Source: Eledone cirrhosa (Eukaryota). Taken from it: a DNA stretch of 64,000 nt. The stretch covers positions 180,668,001 through 180,732,000 of the forward strand of contig OZ024742.1 in assembly GCA_964016885.1 (NCBI GenBank), read 5' to 3'. The position numbers were made by a program, and so were the translations under genes. Under the pieces are notes generated by a model. The model did no database searches. It was not told the origin of the DNA and worked only from the letters and a program-made list of their open reading frames with translations. This document shows positions 27,101 to 38,559 of the stretch, in pieces (within the stretch, counting starts at the first letter, position 1; every line of letters starts with the position of its first letter).

Positions 27101-27915
27101 ACATGATCACTGCCACCATCATAATCATCACCATCAACATAGCCTTTGCTGTCATCATCACCATCAACATGATCACTGCCACCATCATAATCATCACCAT
27201 CAACATAGCCACTGCTGTCATCATCACCATCAACATGATCACTGCCACCATCATAATCATCACCATCAACATAGCCACTGCTGTCATCATCACCATCAAC
27301 ATGATCACTGCCACCATCATAATCATCACCATCAACATAGCCTTTGCTGTCATCATCACCATCAACATGATCACTGCCACCATCATAATCATCACCATCA
27401 ACATAGCCACTGCTGTCATCATCACCATCAACATGATCACTGCCACCATCATAATCATCACCATCAACATAGCCTTTGCTGTCATCATCACCATCAACAT
27501 GATCACTGCCACCATCATAATCATCACCATCAACATCGCCACTGCTGTCATCATCACCATCAACATGATCACTGCCACCATCATAATCATCACCATCAAC
27601 ATCGCCACTGCTGTCATCATCACCATCAACATGATCACTGCCACCATCATAATCATCACCATCAACGTAGCCCACTGCTGTCATCATCACCATCAACATG
27701 ATCACTGCCACCATCATAATCATCACCAACAACATCACCACTGCTGTCATCATCACCATCAACATGATCACTGCCACCATCATAATCATCACCAACAACA
27801 TCACCACTGCTGTCATCATCACCATCAACATGATCACTGTCACCATCATAATCATCACCATCAACATAGCCACTGCTGTCATCATCACCATCAACATGAT
27901 CACTGCCACCATAAT
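18108..27915. repeat. 66/67-bp minisatellite, roughly 148 copies
   Basis: Unit CATCACCATCAACATGATCACTGCCACCATCATAATCATCACCATCAACATAGCCACTGCTGTCAT (36+30 bp subunits). It is flanked by degenerate (ATC)n at ~17995-18108 and ~27915-28375. Copy number is estimated from length. Confidence 0.97.
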
Positions 27916-28441
27916 CATTATCATCATCAACATCATCACTATCAACATCGTCAGTGTTATCATCATCACCATAAACCACATCACCATCATCATCATCATC
28001 ACTATCAACATCTTCACTGTTATTATCATCGCCATAAGCATCATCACTATCAACATCATCACTGCTATTATCACGCTCATCATCATCATCACTGTCACCA
28101 TCATAATCATCATCATCACCATCAATATATTCACTGATATCATCATCATCATCATCCATAATATTGTCATCATCATTACCAAGAAAATCTTCACTGTTAT
28201 CATTACCATTAGCATCAACATCACCCCTGCCACAACCACCTTCACTGCCAGCACCACCATCATTCACATCACCACTACCGCAGCTGCCAACGCCACCAAG
28301 ATCAACACCATTATCATCATCACCACGATAATCATCATCCTCATTGTCATTGACATCATCATCATTGTCGTCACTAGCAGAAAAACCACCCCCGGGTGGT
28401 TTACTGCTAGCATGTGTAGTGTGTATATTGATATTATATTT

Positions 28442-28780
28442 CATTCATTCATTTCATTTTACGTCCCCTTTTCCCTGCTTGCAAGGGTGGGACGGGAACT
28501 GATTCTGGCTTGATTTCTACAGCTGGATGCCCTTCCTAACACCAACCTCATTTACAGTGAGTGCTGGGTGCTTTTTTTGCCGTGGCACCTCCACGTCCAC
28601 TTTGCAGTGGAATGATAGGGACTGGGGTCCCTATCATCTCATTTCTACAGCTGAGTAAACTGGAGCAATGTGAAATAAAGTGTCTTGCTCAAGGAAACAA
28701 CACATCACCCGGTCTGAGAATTGAACTCACAACCTTTCGATTGCAAGGCCAATGCTCTAACCACTAAGCCATGTGCCTCC
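28442..28780 (-). mobile_element. Full-length SINE family A
   Basis: Near-identical reverse complement of 4463-4808. Confidence 0.9.
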
Positions 28781-29369
28781 ATATATGCAAGTATATATAC
28801 ATGCAGATATGATACATTAAATAAAACCATAATTGACAATATACAACGAAGACTCTGTTACACTGTCTTCTGTAATCAGTAACGTAATCCATGATACATT
28901 AAAAAAGACGATATTATATATCTGTTAGCATGTGTAGTGTGTATATTGATATTATACGCAAGTATATATACATGTAGATATCATCATCCTCGTTTAACGT
29001 CCACTTTCCATGCTAGCATGGGTTAGATCAAATAAAATCGTAATTGACAATATACACAGAAATTGAATGAAGACTGTGTTACACTCTCTTCTGTAATCAG
29101 TAAAAAAAGACGATATTACATATAAACTGCTTTAGGGGAAAATTAGGGACGGAAATATATGAATATTTATTTAAGCGATCGCTAACCGGAAGTGTTGACA
29201 TTTGAAAATTTGAAAGAAGTGAATCTTTAAATAAGTAATAACATATATTTAATGAACAGCCACGAAATTTAGTAGGTAAATTATGTAATATTCATTCATT
29301 ATTTATTCAAAGTAATCCAACAATATATTCTGGATGCAGTCCTGCACTCCTTTCTTTATTATAGTTTAG

Positions 29370-29820
29370 ATTGTTATCATGATTGACATCATCATCATCG
29401 TCCACTACCACTTCTTCCCTTATCATCATCACTATCATATCATCTACCACTGCCACTACCACCTTTATCATCATCATCTCCATCAGCAGCATTATCATCA
29501 TCATTATCAATGACATCACCATCACCACTACCATTATCATCATCATCATCTACATAATTATCCTCATAATTGTCATTGCACTCATTATCATCATCATCAT
29601 CATAATGACCATCATTACCAAATTTATCATCAACAGCCTCATAATCACCATTGACCATCATCATCACCTTCATCACTATCATCATCATCATTACTACCCT
29701 CATCCTCACCACTACCTTAGCCACCACCACTACCATTATCATCATCACCAGCTTAATCATCATCATCTTTGTTGTCATCATCATTGTCACCATCGTCACC
29801 ACCATCATCATCATCAACAA
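29370..29820. repeat. Degenerate (ATC/ACC)n trinucleotide tract
   Basis: Seen directly. Confidence 0.9.
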
Positions 29821-30149
29821 CTGCAGAAACATGAACAGTCACTGAACTAGTAACATTAGTAACACAAAGGAATGTCATTGAACGCCCATTAGAACTAATT
29901 AAATATGACGTTATTTCATTGTTCAATATGTAAGCTTGGATTTTAATAACTGACTAGACTATTTCAGCTTGGACAAACACAATATCCAGATGGTTCCGGA
30001 CAAACTTATCTCTGATAGATTAGTTATTGAAGGGAATTAATAGATTCGTTACATAGTTGGATTAACCCTTTTGTTACCAGATTTCTAATGAAAGACACTA
30101 CCTACACAGAAACAACAAGCATTTTAAGGCCATTTTCATTGCTAAAGCT

Positions 30150-30530
30150 AGAGTTAACCTTGTAGGTACCATGACAAGCTTTTCTATTTTCCCTATCATT
30201 TGTATTCTATATCATCAAACCCTTTGCTTTCATTTCCTCCGCCATCATCTTTAGTCATTTCTTTCCTAGTCTTCCTCTCATCCAGTCACACCCATCTTTC
30301 CTTAACACATGACCCAACTATCTCATTCCAGTTCTTTTCAAATGTTCATCACTGTCTGTATTCCCATCTCTGCAAATCCTTGTCATCCTTTCTCAGAGAG
30401 ATACTCTACTCATCACATTTCTGTTCTTTCCAGCCTTTTCTGCAGCTCTATATTCATTGCCCATGTCTCATTTCCATAAATTATTACATTTCTCACTCAC
30501 ATGATTTCTCACTGCCTATGATTTTCAAAT
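30150..30530 (-). mobile_element. Highly decayed RTE-like LINE 3' remnant
   Basis: Minus-strand translation R*LGHVLRKDGCDW..RGRLGKK resembles the RTE C-terminal WFGHV.R...RGRP motif. Confidence 0.5.
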
Positions 30531-30612
30531 TCATTGTGGACAGGCAATGCTGTAGGAAGATCATTGTCATTAACCTCATTTGTTACATACTTTATTATTA
30601 TTTGTCATAATC

Positions 30613-30795
30613 AGGGCAGTGGATTGGCAATATCGGTAGAGGGTCAGATGCCATGCTTTGCAGCATAGGGTTACGGACCTTTATGATCTGAGTTCAAATC
30701 CTGCCGAGGTTAACTTTGCCTTTCATCCTTACGGGGGTCGATAAAATAAAGTACCAGTCACACACTGGGTCGATTTAATCGACTTTCCCCTCCCC
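30613..30795 (+). mobile_element. SINE family B
   Basis: Matches the family consensus head, B box and body. Confidence 0.85.
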
Positions 30796-31134
30796 CATCA
30801 TTCACGCTGGCTGGGTTGTTACACAGTACAAGACCAAATGAGTCAGAGCTATACCATCGTGTTCATACATTACATATTTTGGCATAGTTTTTCTGGCAGA
30901 ATGCCCTTTCTAAAGCCAATACCTTTACAGTGTGTAGAGTAGACAGGATGGATTTTATTGTGACACCAGTAATAACAATTTACCAGGTGTACTGGACGTA
31001 TTTTATCATGGCACCAACACAAAGTTTACAGGGTAAATGCATGTACCATATTGTGGCCCAGCACTTCGTAACACTGAAGAGTTATCTTAAACCCTCTTAT
31101 TATAAGGGTGGAGAGATAAATGCTGCCTCCCAGA

Positions 31135-31487
31135 TCATTTTTTAAAAGGTGGGTGATTGCTGCAAGGATGGCCCGTGTGAATGCACCCACTCTGATCATG
31201 CACCTGTAGGCTGGAAGGATGGAAGCAGATAAGAGCATCCTCCTAGGGTGCTCTTGGAGATGAGGGTGGGTTGGGATTTGTAAGGTTCCTAACATCACCC
31301 CTGGGTAGTATGCCCCTCTATTGTTGTATGTAGTATGCCCCTCTGTTGTTGATATTTTTTGTTAACCGTTTTTGTTTATAATTTTTACTCGGTTATATGT
31401 AAACTCCCACTGTCCCCTGTCTTTGTATTGTCCTCTATGTTTGGCCCTTGTGGCCAATAATAAAGAAACAATTATTATTATTATTAT
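31135..31487 (+). mobile_element. L1/Tx1-like LINE 3' end fragment
   Basis: KRWVIAARMARVNAPTLIMHL* parallels ERWVREARMICVNGSTLSVCL* at 63415-63479. Ends CCCTTGTGGCCAATAATAAAGAAACA(ATT)n. Confidence 0.7.
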
Positions 31488-32300
31488 TGGCAGACTTTCT
31501 AAAGTATCAGATAAAATGACTTTCAGTATTTAGTTATAGATCTTTACGGTCTGAGTTCAAATCCTGCTGAGGTTAGCTTTGCCTTTCATCCTTATGGAGT
31601 TAACAAAATAATGAATCAATCGACTTTCCCTTCCCCACAACATTGTTGGCCTTGTGCCTGAATCAGAAACCATTATTATTATTATTATTGGCAGTATCGG
31701 TAGAGGGTCGGACGCCATGCTTTGCAGCAAAGAGTTATGACCCTTTATGGTCTAAGTTCAAATCCCGCTGAGGTTAATTTTGCCTTTCATCCTTACGAGG
31801 TCGATAAAATAAAGTACCAGTAATGCACTGGGATAATTGCCGGCCTTGTGCCAAAAGTAGAAACAATTATTATTATTATTATTGGCAAATTTGCTAAAGT
31901 GTCTGCCAAAATGAGATTCAGTGTTTAGTTATAGATCTATATGGTCTGAGTTCAAATCACACAGAGGTCATATTTGCCTTTCATCATTATGGGATTGATA
32001 AAATAAAGTAGCAGTCAAGTAATGGAGTCGATTTAGTTAACTTCCCCTCTCTTCAAAAATATTGGTTTTGTACTAAAATTAGAAACAATTATTATTATTC
32101 ATATCATTATTGTGTGGTGGATCAACAGAGCTGATAGAGCATTGGACAAATGCTTAGCAGTTTTTGTTCTGGCTCTTTACATTCTGAGTTCAAATCCCAG
32201 TTGATAAAATAAAATACCAGTCAAGTATTAGGGCTGTTTTAATCAACTTTTTCCTCTTTAGAATTAATGGACTTGTGCCTAAAATAGAAATCGTTATTAT
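31488..32300 (+). mobile_element. Tandem chain of four SINE family B copies of different ages
   Basis: Four B boxes (GTTCAAATC) at ~31555, 31756, 31950 and 32186; each copy begins in or just after the (ATT)n tail of the previous element. Confidence 0.8.
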
Positions 32301-32344
32301 TTATAATTGTAAACTAAGAAAGCAACAAGCAAAGTTTAAAACTC

Positions 32345-32503
32345 GAAATAAAAAGCTTCACCGTAACATTTAACTGAATAAAATAATCTAATAATGATGC
32401 ATATAAAACCACTAGTACCCATCTTTTTCAGTTCAGTGGTTTTGTATGCCTCATTATAAGTCTATTTTATTTAGTCAAATGTTACAATGAAGCCTTCTAT
32501 TTC
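32345..32503. mobile_element. Palindromic MITE-like element
   Basis: Imperfect inverted arms GAAATAAAAAGCTTCACCGTAACATTTAACTGAATAAAATA / TATTTTATTTAGTCAAATGTTACAATGAAGCCTTCTATTTC. Relatives at ~16015-16880 and 46366-46559. Confidence 0.65.
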
Positions 32504-33057
32504 AATTTATTATTAATTGTTTCTAATTTAGTTACAAGGCCTGCAAATTGAAGGGAAAGGGAAAGCCAAATTAATCAATCCCTGTAATTGACTGGTGATT
32601 TATTCTGAGAGCCAATAAAATAATGTACTAGGGTTGATGTAATTGATACCATAATTAAAATAAAATATGGATCGGGAGGACTCTTGTGGAAACTGTATGG
32701 AAGTCCTTCAGAAGATTATACCTGTAATGCAAAAGACTAGCCTTGAAACATATTGTTGCAAACTGATTTTGCAAGAGAATTACATAAAGGATAGTCTTTC
32801 CTGTGGAATACTTGACCATTTACATGTTAATTCACAAGTTTGATGATGGGTTAGTCAATCAACTGAATGCTCAATGTCGAAATTGAGGGAAAATCCATCA
32901 GGAAATGAAAAACTAGCATTTGAGACATTTAGAGAAGCAGGGTTGCTGACAATATGTTTTTCATCATTGTTGACAGCTCACCTTTCTGACATATCAGGTG
33001 ATGCTTGTGGAGATGAAATTATAAGTGGAAAACTCACATACCCTCTGTTGTGGTGTA

Positions 33058-33250
33058 TAATAATTGTTTCTACTTTAGGCACAAGGCCAGCAATTATCCA
33101 GTGCATTACTGGTACTTTATTTTATCGACCCCGTAAGGATGAAAGGCAAAGTCAACCTCATCGGGATTTGAACTCAGATCGTAAAGGGACGTAACTATGC
33201 TGGAAAGCATGGCGTCCGACCCTCTACCGATACTGCCAATCCACCGCCCT
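33058..33250 (-). mobile_element. Young SINE family B copy with TSD
   Basis: Flanked by a TTGTGGTGTATAATAAT duplication. Confidence 0.9.
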
Positions 33251-34282
33251 TGTGGTGTATAATAATGTTTGTACATCTCTGTCACTTCTGCCTTTTGTTT
33301 TTTTTTCTTTTTATTTCTCCAAATTACTTCTTTTCTGCAAATTATTAATCTTTTGATAATTTATGTAAATAAAATACCATACAAGGGGTTGAAAGGATTC
33401 CTCAACTGTATCAAAGTCTTGACAACCTTTCTAGTTCTGGTGATCATCATCATCGTTTAATGTCCATTTTCCATGCCAACAATTGTTAGACCAGTTGTTT
33501 CATTAGAGGCAAGTTGGGTCAGGTGACCGTCTTGCTCATCTAAGACTGTTTCTGGCTAGATTTCTACAGATGGTTTGCCCTTCCTAATGCCAACCACATG
33601 TACCATGTGTGCTGGGTGATTTTTGTCATGACACCTACACAACCACTTTACAGCGTTGGCTGGGTGACATGATAAATGTATCAAGTGCACCATGTAAAGT
33701 TGTCGGCAATAAGCAGTTTGTCTAACGATAGAAAACCTTCCAAACAAAGAGATGGACTGACACTTCAGCTGTGTTAAAAACATGACAATCTCCCTAATGC
33801 TTAAATCATGAAAAATTGCACCTGGTGTTCTTTGAAGAGCATGGAACTGTGTGTAAGTAAGAAACTGGCTACCAGCCAGTCTGAAAGGTCATTAGCTCCA
33901 ATTAAATATTAACTTGGTCTGTGACAACATGTTTATTCTTTGCTAGCATGTTTAATAATGATGATTATGAAAATGTGTGCAATATGTCATCAACATTTTA
34001 ATAATGAAGGAAGTAATTTTTACATTTGTCTTGTCAGATAAGAAATCTAAGAAAGTAATAAATAAAGAAGCACGTCTTTCATTTATTTTTTTTATATATT
34101 CTTATAGTTTGCTAAGAACATAAACCTCTCTGCTTCACACCTTGTCTGATAACTTGTAGTAAATATGTATTAATAAGACTTTCTACTTTATCATGAAGAT
34201 AACTGTTAAAGTAACATTGTGAACTTCGCAGCTGTTTTTAACAAACTGGAAAAAAAGAACAATAGCAGGATCAATAACATGA

Positions 34283-34306
34283 GGTGTAGTAGCAGTAGCG
34301 GCAGCT

Positions 34307-34387
<81 letters not shown>

Positions 34388-34388
34388 T

Positions 34389-34419
<31 letters not shown>

Positions 34420-34420
34420 T
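34283..34420. repeat. (AGT)n/(AGC)n compound microsatellite
   Basis: Seen directly. Confidence 0.95.
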
Positions 34421-34894
34421 GCAATAACAACCTCACGTCTAACAACAAAAGCAGCAAAAACAACAGTAACACCAACAATAACAACTACAACAACATGAAA
34501 GTCTTCATACTCATCGTGGAGTCCTTTTGTTGGCAATGTTTCACTAGTAACAACTGCACCAGTTACAACAGCAGCAGCAATAACATGAAAGTGTTCCTCA
34601 TGGAGTCCTTTTTAAGGCTATGTTATACAGCTGGATGTTTTTCCAGCCTCTTACAACACATAGGATATGGTGTTCCTATTATAAAATAGATATACACAGT
34701 AATATTTAGAAACAAACAACAAATAAAACCTCAAAAATCTCTTTTTCAGTGTCTTTTAGAAATTTCTGCTGCCTAATCTCACATGAAGTGATTCAGTATG
34801 AATGGGAAGGAAAGTGTGTTGACTGGCTTAGTGGTTAGAGAATTGGATTTGCAATTGTGAGGTTGTGAGTTTGATTCCTGGACAAGTGTGTGCA

Positions 34895-35268
34895 GGATCG
34901 ATCTGACTATCAACTTAATCCATTGTGAAGATTGCCTGTCATCTTCCTTTATAAGGGAAGGACAGGCAGTTTTTATCTGCCTGGTGGTCTTGGTAAAAGC
35001 GGTTGTGTGGTGGATGTATTTTAAAGGGTTCACAACAAGCACTTCCCTCTTTGGCAAAGGCCTGATTAACTTTTTCAGGTTTCACTTGAAGAGGAAAATC
35101 AGGGTGGAGAGGGCAGTACTGCCTTCCAAGCAGTTTATGTTTGATTTTTTAAATGCTTATTTTTTAGTCTTTGTTATATATTTTTATTTTACACAAAAAG
35201 AAACATACTGTACTGTTCTGAGCCGTCTTTAATGTTTTCTTAATGTGAGCCCTGTGTGTCTAATAAAT
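34895..35268 (+). mobile_element. Decayed L1/Tx1-like LINE 3' fragment
   Basis: REGQAVFICLVVLVKAVVWWM...LINFFRFHLKRKIRVER matches 63225-63390. Confidence 0.8.
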
Positions 35269-35271
35269 GAA

Positions 35272-35975
35272 TCATTATTATAGTTACTATTATTATTGTT
35301 TCTTTGCTCAGCTTCTAACACTGGAGATGTATTACAGTGTTAGCTGTTTACTACCAGTGAACTTAGGTAAGACTCCTTATTTTTTTAGTATTCGAGTTGT
35401 TCTAAGCAATGCTGTTTTTTATAAGTGTTCCATCCGTACTGCAATCCCTATTTGTTTAATGTACTTCTCAAGATCTTTACTCACTGGTCCCAAGACTCTA
35501 ACTATTAATGATATTACCACCAACTTTTTCAGTGACCACAACTACTTAATCTCCCAAGTTAACCTGTCATATCTATCAATGTTTTCCCTTCTTTATCAGC
35601 TGGACAGGGCTATATCTATGATCAAACACTATTTGCTTTCTTTCTCAGTTAGTACAATATCGGGTCTCCTATATTCATTCTCATGGTCACACTGTATTAC
35701 AAAGCTCACAGGATCTTTTCATTATCATTTTCGATAATACCCTCAGGGTCATGTTCATACCAATTTTCTGCTCTGTCAAGTGCATATTTGCCACAAAGTG
35801 CCCAACGGATATCCTTGTTGTGTTAGTGTGATGTCTTTTATATTCTTTCTGAGCTAGTAGTGTGCATTTACTGGTAATATGCCATACAGTTTCTCCATTC
35901 ATGCCACAAATTCTACACTTATAACTTTATGCTCTGTGGTCTACTCTATTCTTGATGTAGTTAGTTCCTAGTTAT
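35272..35975 (-). mobile_element. R4/Dong-like non-LTR retrotransposon 3' end (CCHC knuckle and restriction-like endonuclease)
   Basis: Minus-strand translation CRICGMNGETVWHITSKCTLLAQKEYKRH...WYEHDPEGIIEND...QCDHENEYRRPDIVL...LIIDIA; (TAA)n-like tail. Confidence 0.8.
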
Positions 35976-37283
35976 TATTAATGTTATTATTTTGCTCTTT
36001 TGCCATCAATATTTTCAGTCATTTAGTTATTGATGGTAGATTATTAACCTTGATGATCTCTGTTCATATTCTACTAGAGTTATAGCTTTAACTTTCATTT
36101 CCCATTGGTCAAATAACTGGAATAATGCTCATAGAACTAGACCATTGATCTCATTTAATTTTAATGGCTTAGTCAGAAGAGAAAGAGTACCCCTACTCTG
36201 TAACCCTTCTCTGTGACAACATGACTGATGGGTTAAAAAGGAAAAATTATGATGAGACTAATTACATGGCTTGAATGATTGCAACAGAGTGAATGTTGCT
36301 ATAGGGACTTAAGTACCAGGTGCTGATCTTAAACCATCGCTCTATCAGGCTTCCATGCAGCTTCCATCCATCAAATTTCACTCACACGACTTTGGTAGAC
36401 AGGCTATTGTAGAAGACAACAAGCACTTTAAGGCTTCATTCTTTTCTAAAGCAGGGATTAGCTTTGCAGACTCCGCGGTAGGTTTCTAAACACGAGGCCT
36501 ATAAGAGGCAATAGTTAACAACCAGATACCCTTCATGGTAGCAACCCTTTTAGTCACCTCTTATAATTGGAGTACTTATTATGAATTAGATACTTACAGC
36601 ATGCTTTGGCAAAATACATTCTAAAATATAGTGACTGTTATGGTGACACAATGCAAAATATTTATAACTAATTGAAATTTACCTCTTAGTAGGAGAAAGT
36701 AAACAACCATGTGGTAATTGTTATCAATTCTAAAGTAAAAATGGATAGGGGAAGATAATTTCAAGAAATAAAAAATTAATTTCTCAAAGTTAATTTACAG
36801 GATAAGGAGAATAGCTATCTGGTTCCTGTTTGCAGACAAGGGACAGCTATGGTTATGTTTTGATGTGTTAGATTTCATCAGCATTGTACAGTCTTCTCAA
36901 CCATGCTTGATCAGTTAGCAAAGTACATGGTCTCTTAAGATATCCATTGAAATTCACAGCAATTTCTTTAAAGGCAGAAATGAAATATTAACCAGTAGAG
37001 CAGGTGATATAAAGGTTACCAATAGAAGACACTTCCTCTAGGTGGAGTGCACTGAGGCATATAATAAGATAAAGAATAAATGTCTTCATCTGTGACAACA
37101 ATACTTCATCCACACAGCCATTTTGAGGCTCCTTAAAAATATATAGAATAATAATATATGTTTTAGAAAAAATAGTTTAGATTTATTTGTTTTTATAGAA
37201 ATATCTCTGAATAAGAATAAGCTGAAGAAAAATGTTTATTCATAACTCATAGATAAGAAAAAAAGCAGCCATTTCACTTTCCA

Positions 37284-37316
<33 letters not shown>

Positions 37317-37869
37317 ATTGTGTGTATGTTTGTGTGTGTGTGTGCATGTTTATCGTCTATTCAATAAACACACACACCCATATACACGGATATATATATT
37401 TCTTGGTAAGACTTTTTTCCCCTTCATTAATAATTATGAATTAGCTAGAAGATAAATTTCACAGTATTACTGTCAGCTGTAGAAGCACATGTGGTAGAAA
37501 GTAAAAGATTGAATAAACCAGACATTGTATAAAAACAATTTATGTGGAAGTATAAATGTGAATTATGAGTTAGAATTCTTCCTTCCATTAAAATATCACT
37601 TGATCTATTGTGTGCATACAGCTTAGTGTAGGTACACCATCCCTGTATGTTGTAAGAGATGACTAAAAGGATTGGTGTTTGGAAGACCATCTGGGTATAA
37701 AATATTGCTTTAAAAATGTCACCATGAGGAATATGAAGGATATCAATGAGCCTGCATGATTAATCATTGCTTTCGCATGGAAAATTTAAAACCCTTGATG
37801 CTCTTTGTTTCTAAACAGATTCTAACATTGTATGCAAAATCTTTGCTGTTCTCACAGGACTTTTGCTGT

Positions 37870-38155
37870 ATGTGTCCAGTTTAGAATAGGCAACAAGTAC
37901 ATTATGCAAGGAGGGAAGCAGAAACTAAGACATTTGTTCATGTTTCATGCAGTGAGGACCAAAAGCAGGATTCCCTGGCAAGCTGTCAGAGAAAATGATG
38001 ATGACATTGGGGAAAAGTTTGTCTGAAATGATATTGATGCAGTTGCTTTCACCAATGTTGAAAAGGAAGAAACAGAAGTGTTATTATGAGTGACTGGTTA
38101 ATGAGGAGAATGCATGGGAAGAAGATAGTGTACCCCAGATAGACATAACAAAACG
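37870..38155 (+). mobile_element. Decayed internal RTE fragment
   Basis: EDQKQ...VRENDDDIGEKFV*ND...LVNEENAWEED parallels 39730-39910. Confidence 0.7.
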
Positions 38156-38461
38156 ACCATCTTGTTTTTCTGTGTTGTCAAAAACAAGATGGTGTAGGAC
38201 AGAACAAAGGAGAGACTCAAAATAAAAACACTGTCACTGAGGGGGTCACAGAATATATGATGAAAAAGCTTTGATAATATATAATCAACCCTCGAGTTAT
38301 CAAACCAAGCAACCAGCCAGAAATTTATAATGAAATGAAGTGAAAATCAACAGGTGCATGTGTTTTTGTTTTGTCAGCATGACCCTCCCAATGTATAACA
38401 ATATCTGTTTCAACACACGTTTTCAGATAAGAAATCTTGCCAAACAAATTCAAAAACGAAG
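38156..38461 (+). mobile_element. Older single-arm copy of the 2687-3295 element with a decayed hammerhead
   Basis: Colinear with 3049-3295 and extends to the reverse complement of 2687-2745. It ends in (TA)n and begins with a short hairpin ACCATCTTGTTTTT...AAAAACAAGATGGT. Confidence 0.75.
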
Positions 38462-38559
38462 TATATATATATATATACTCTCCTTCTAGCCCTGCACTAA
38501 ATAATAATAAGTCTTTTATCTATGGAAGAGCTGAGGATAAATTAAACACTTAAACAACC

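Noticed and set aside
18108-27915. CRISPR-like array (constant repeat with a variable part)
   Set aside because: The variable part is only 3-4 bases drawn from about six recurring alleles, not unique spacers. There are no cas genes and the context is eukaryotic.
17951-28513. Long His/Cys-rich, Ile/Thr-rich and Met/Val-rich ORFs
   Set aside because: They are overlapping frames of an (ATC)-derived tandem repeat, broken by recurrent +1 alleles, with no splice or signal evidence.
30060-30110. piggyBac-like TTAA-CCC termini (also ~15847, 47580, 55050, 55479)
   Set aside because: Similar short ends recur, but I could not pair them into a bounded element.
34183-34689. Poly-Ser, poly-Thr/Ala and poly-Leu ORFs
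   Set aside because: Trinucleotide microsatellite artefacts; the same applies to 29307-29850 and 46865-47205.
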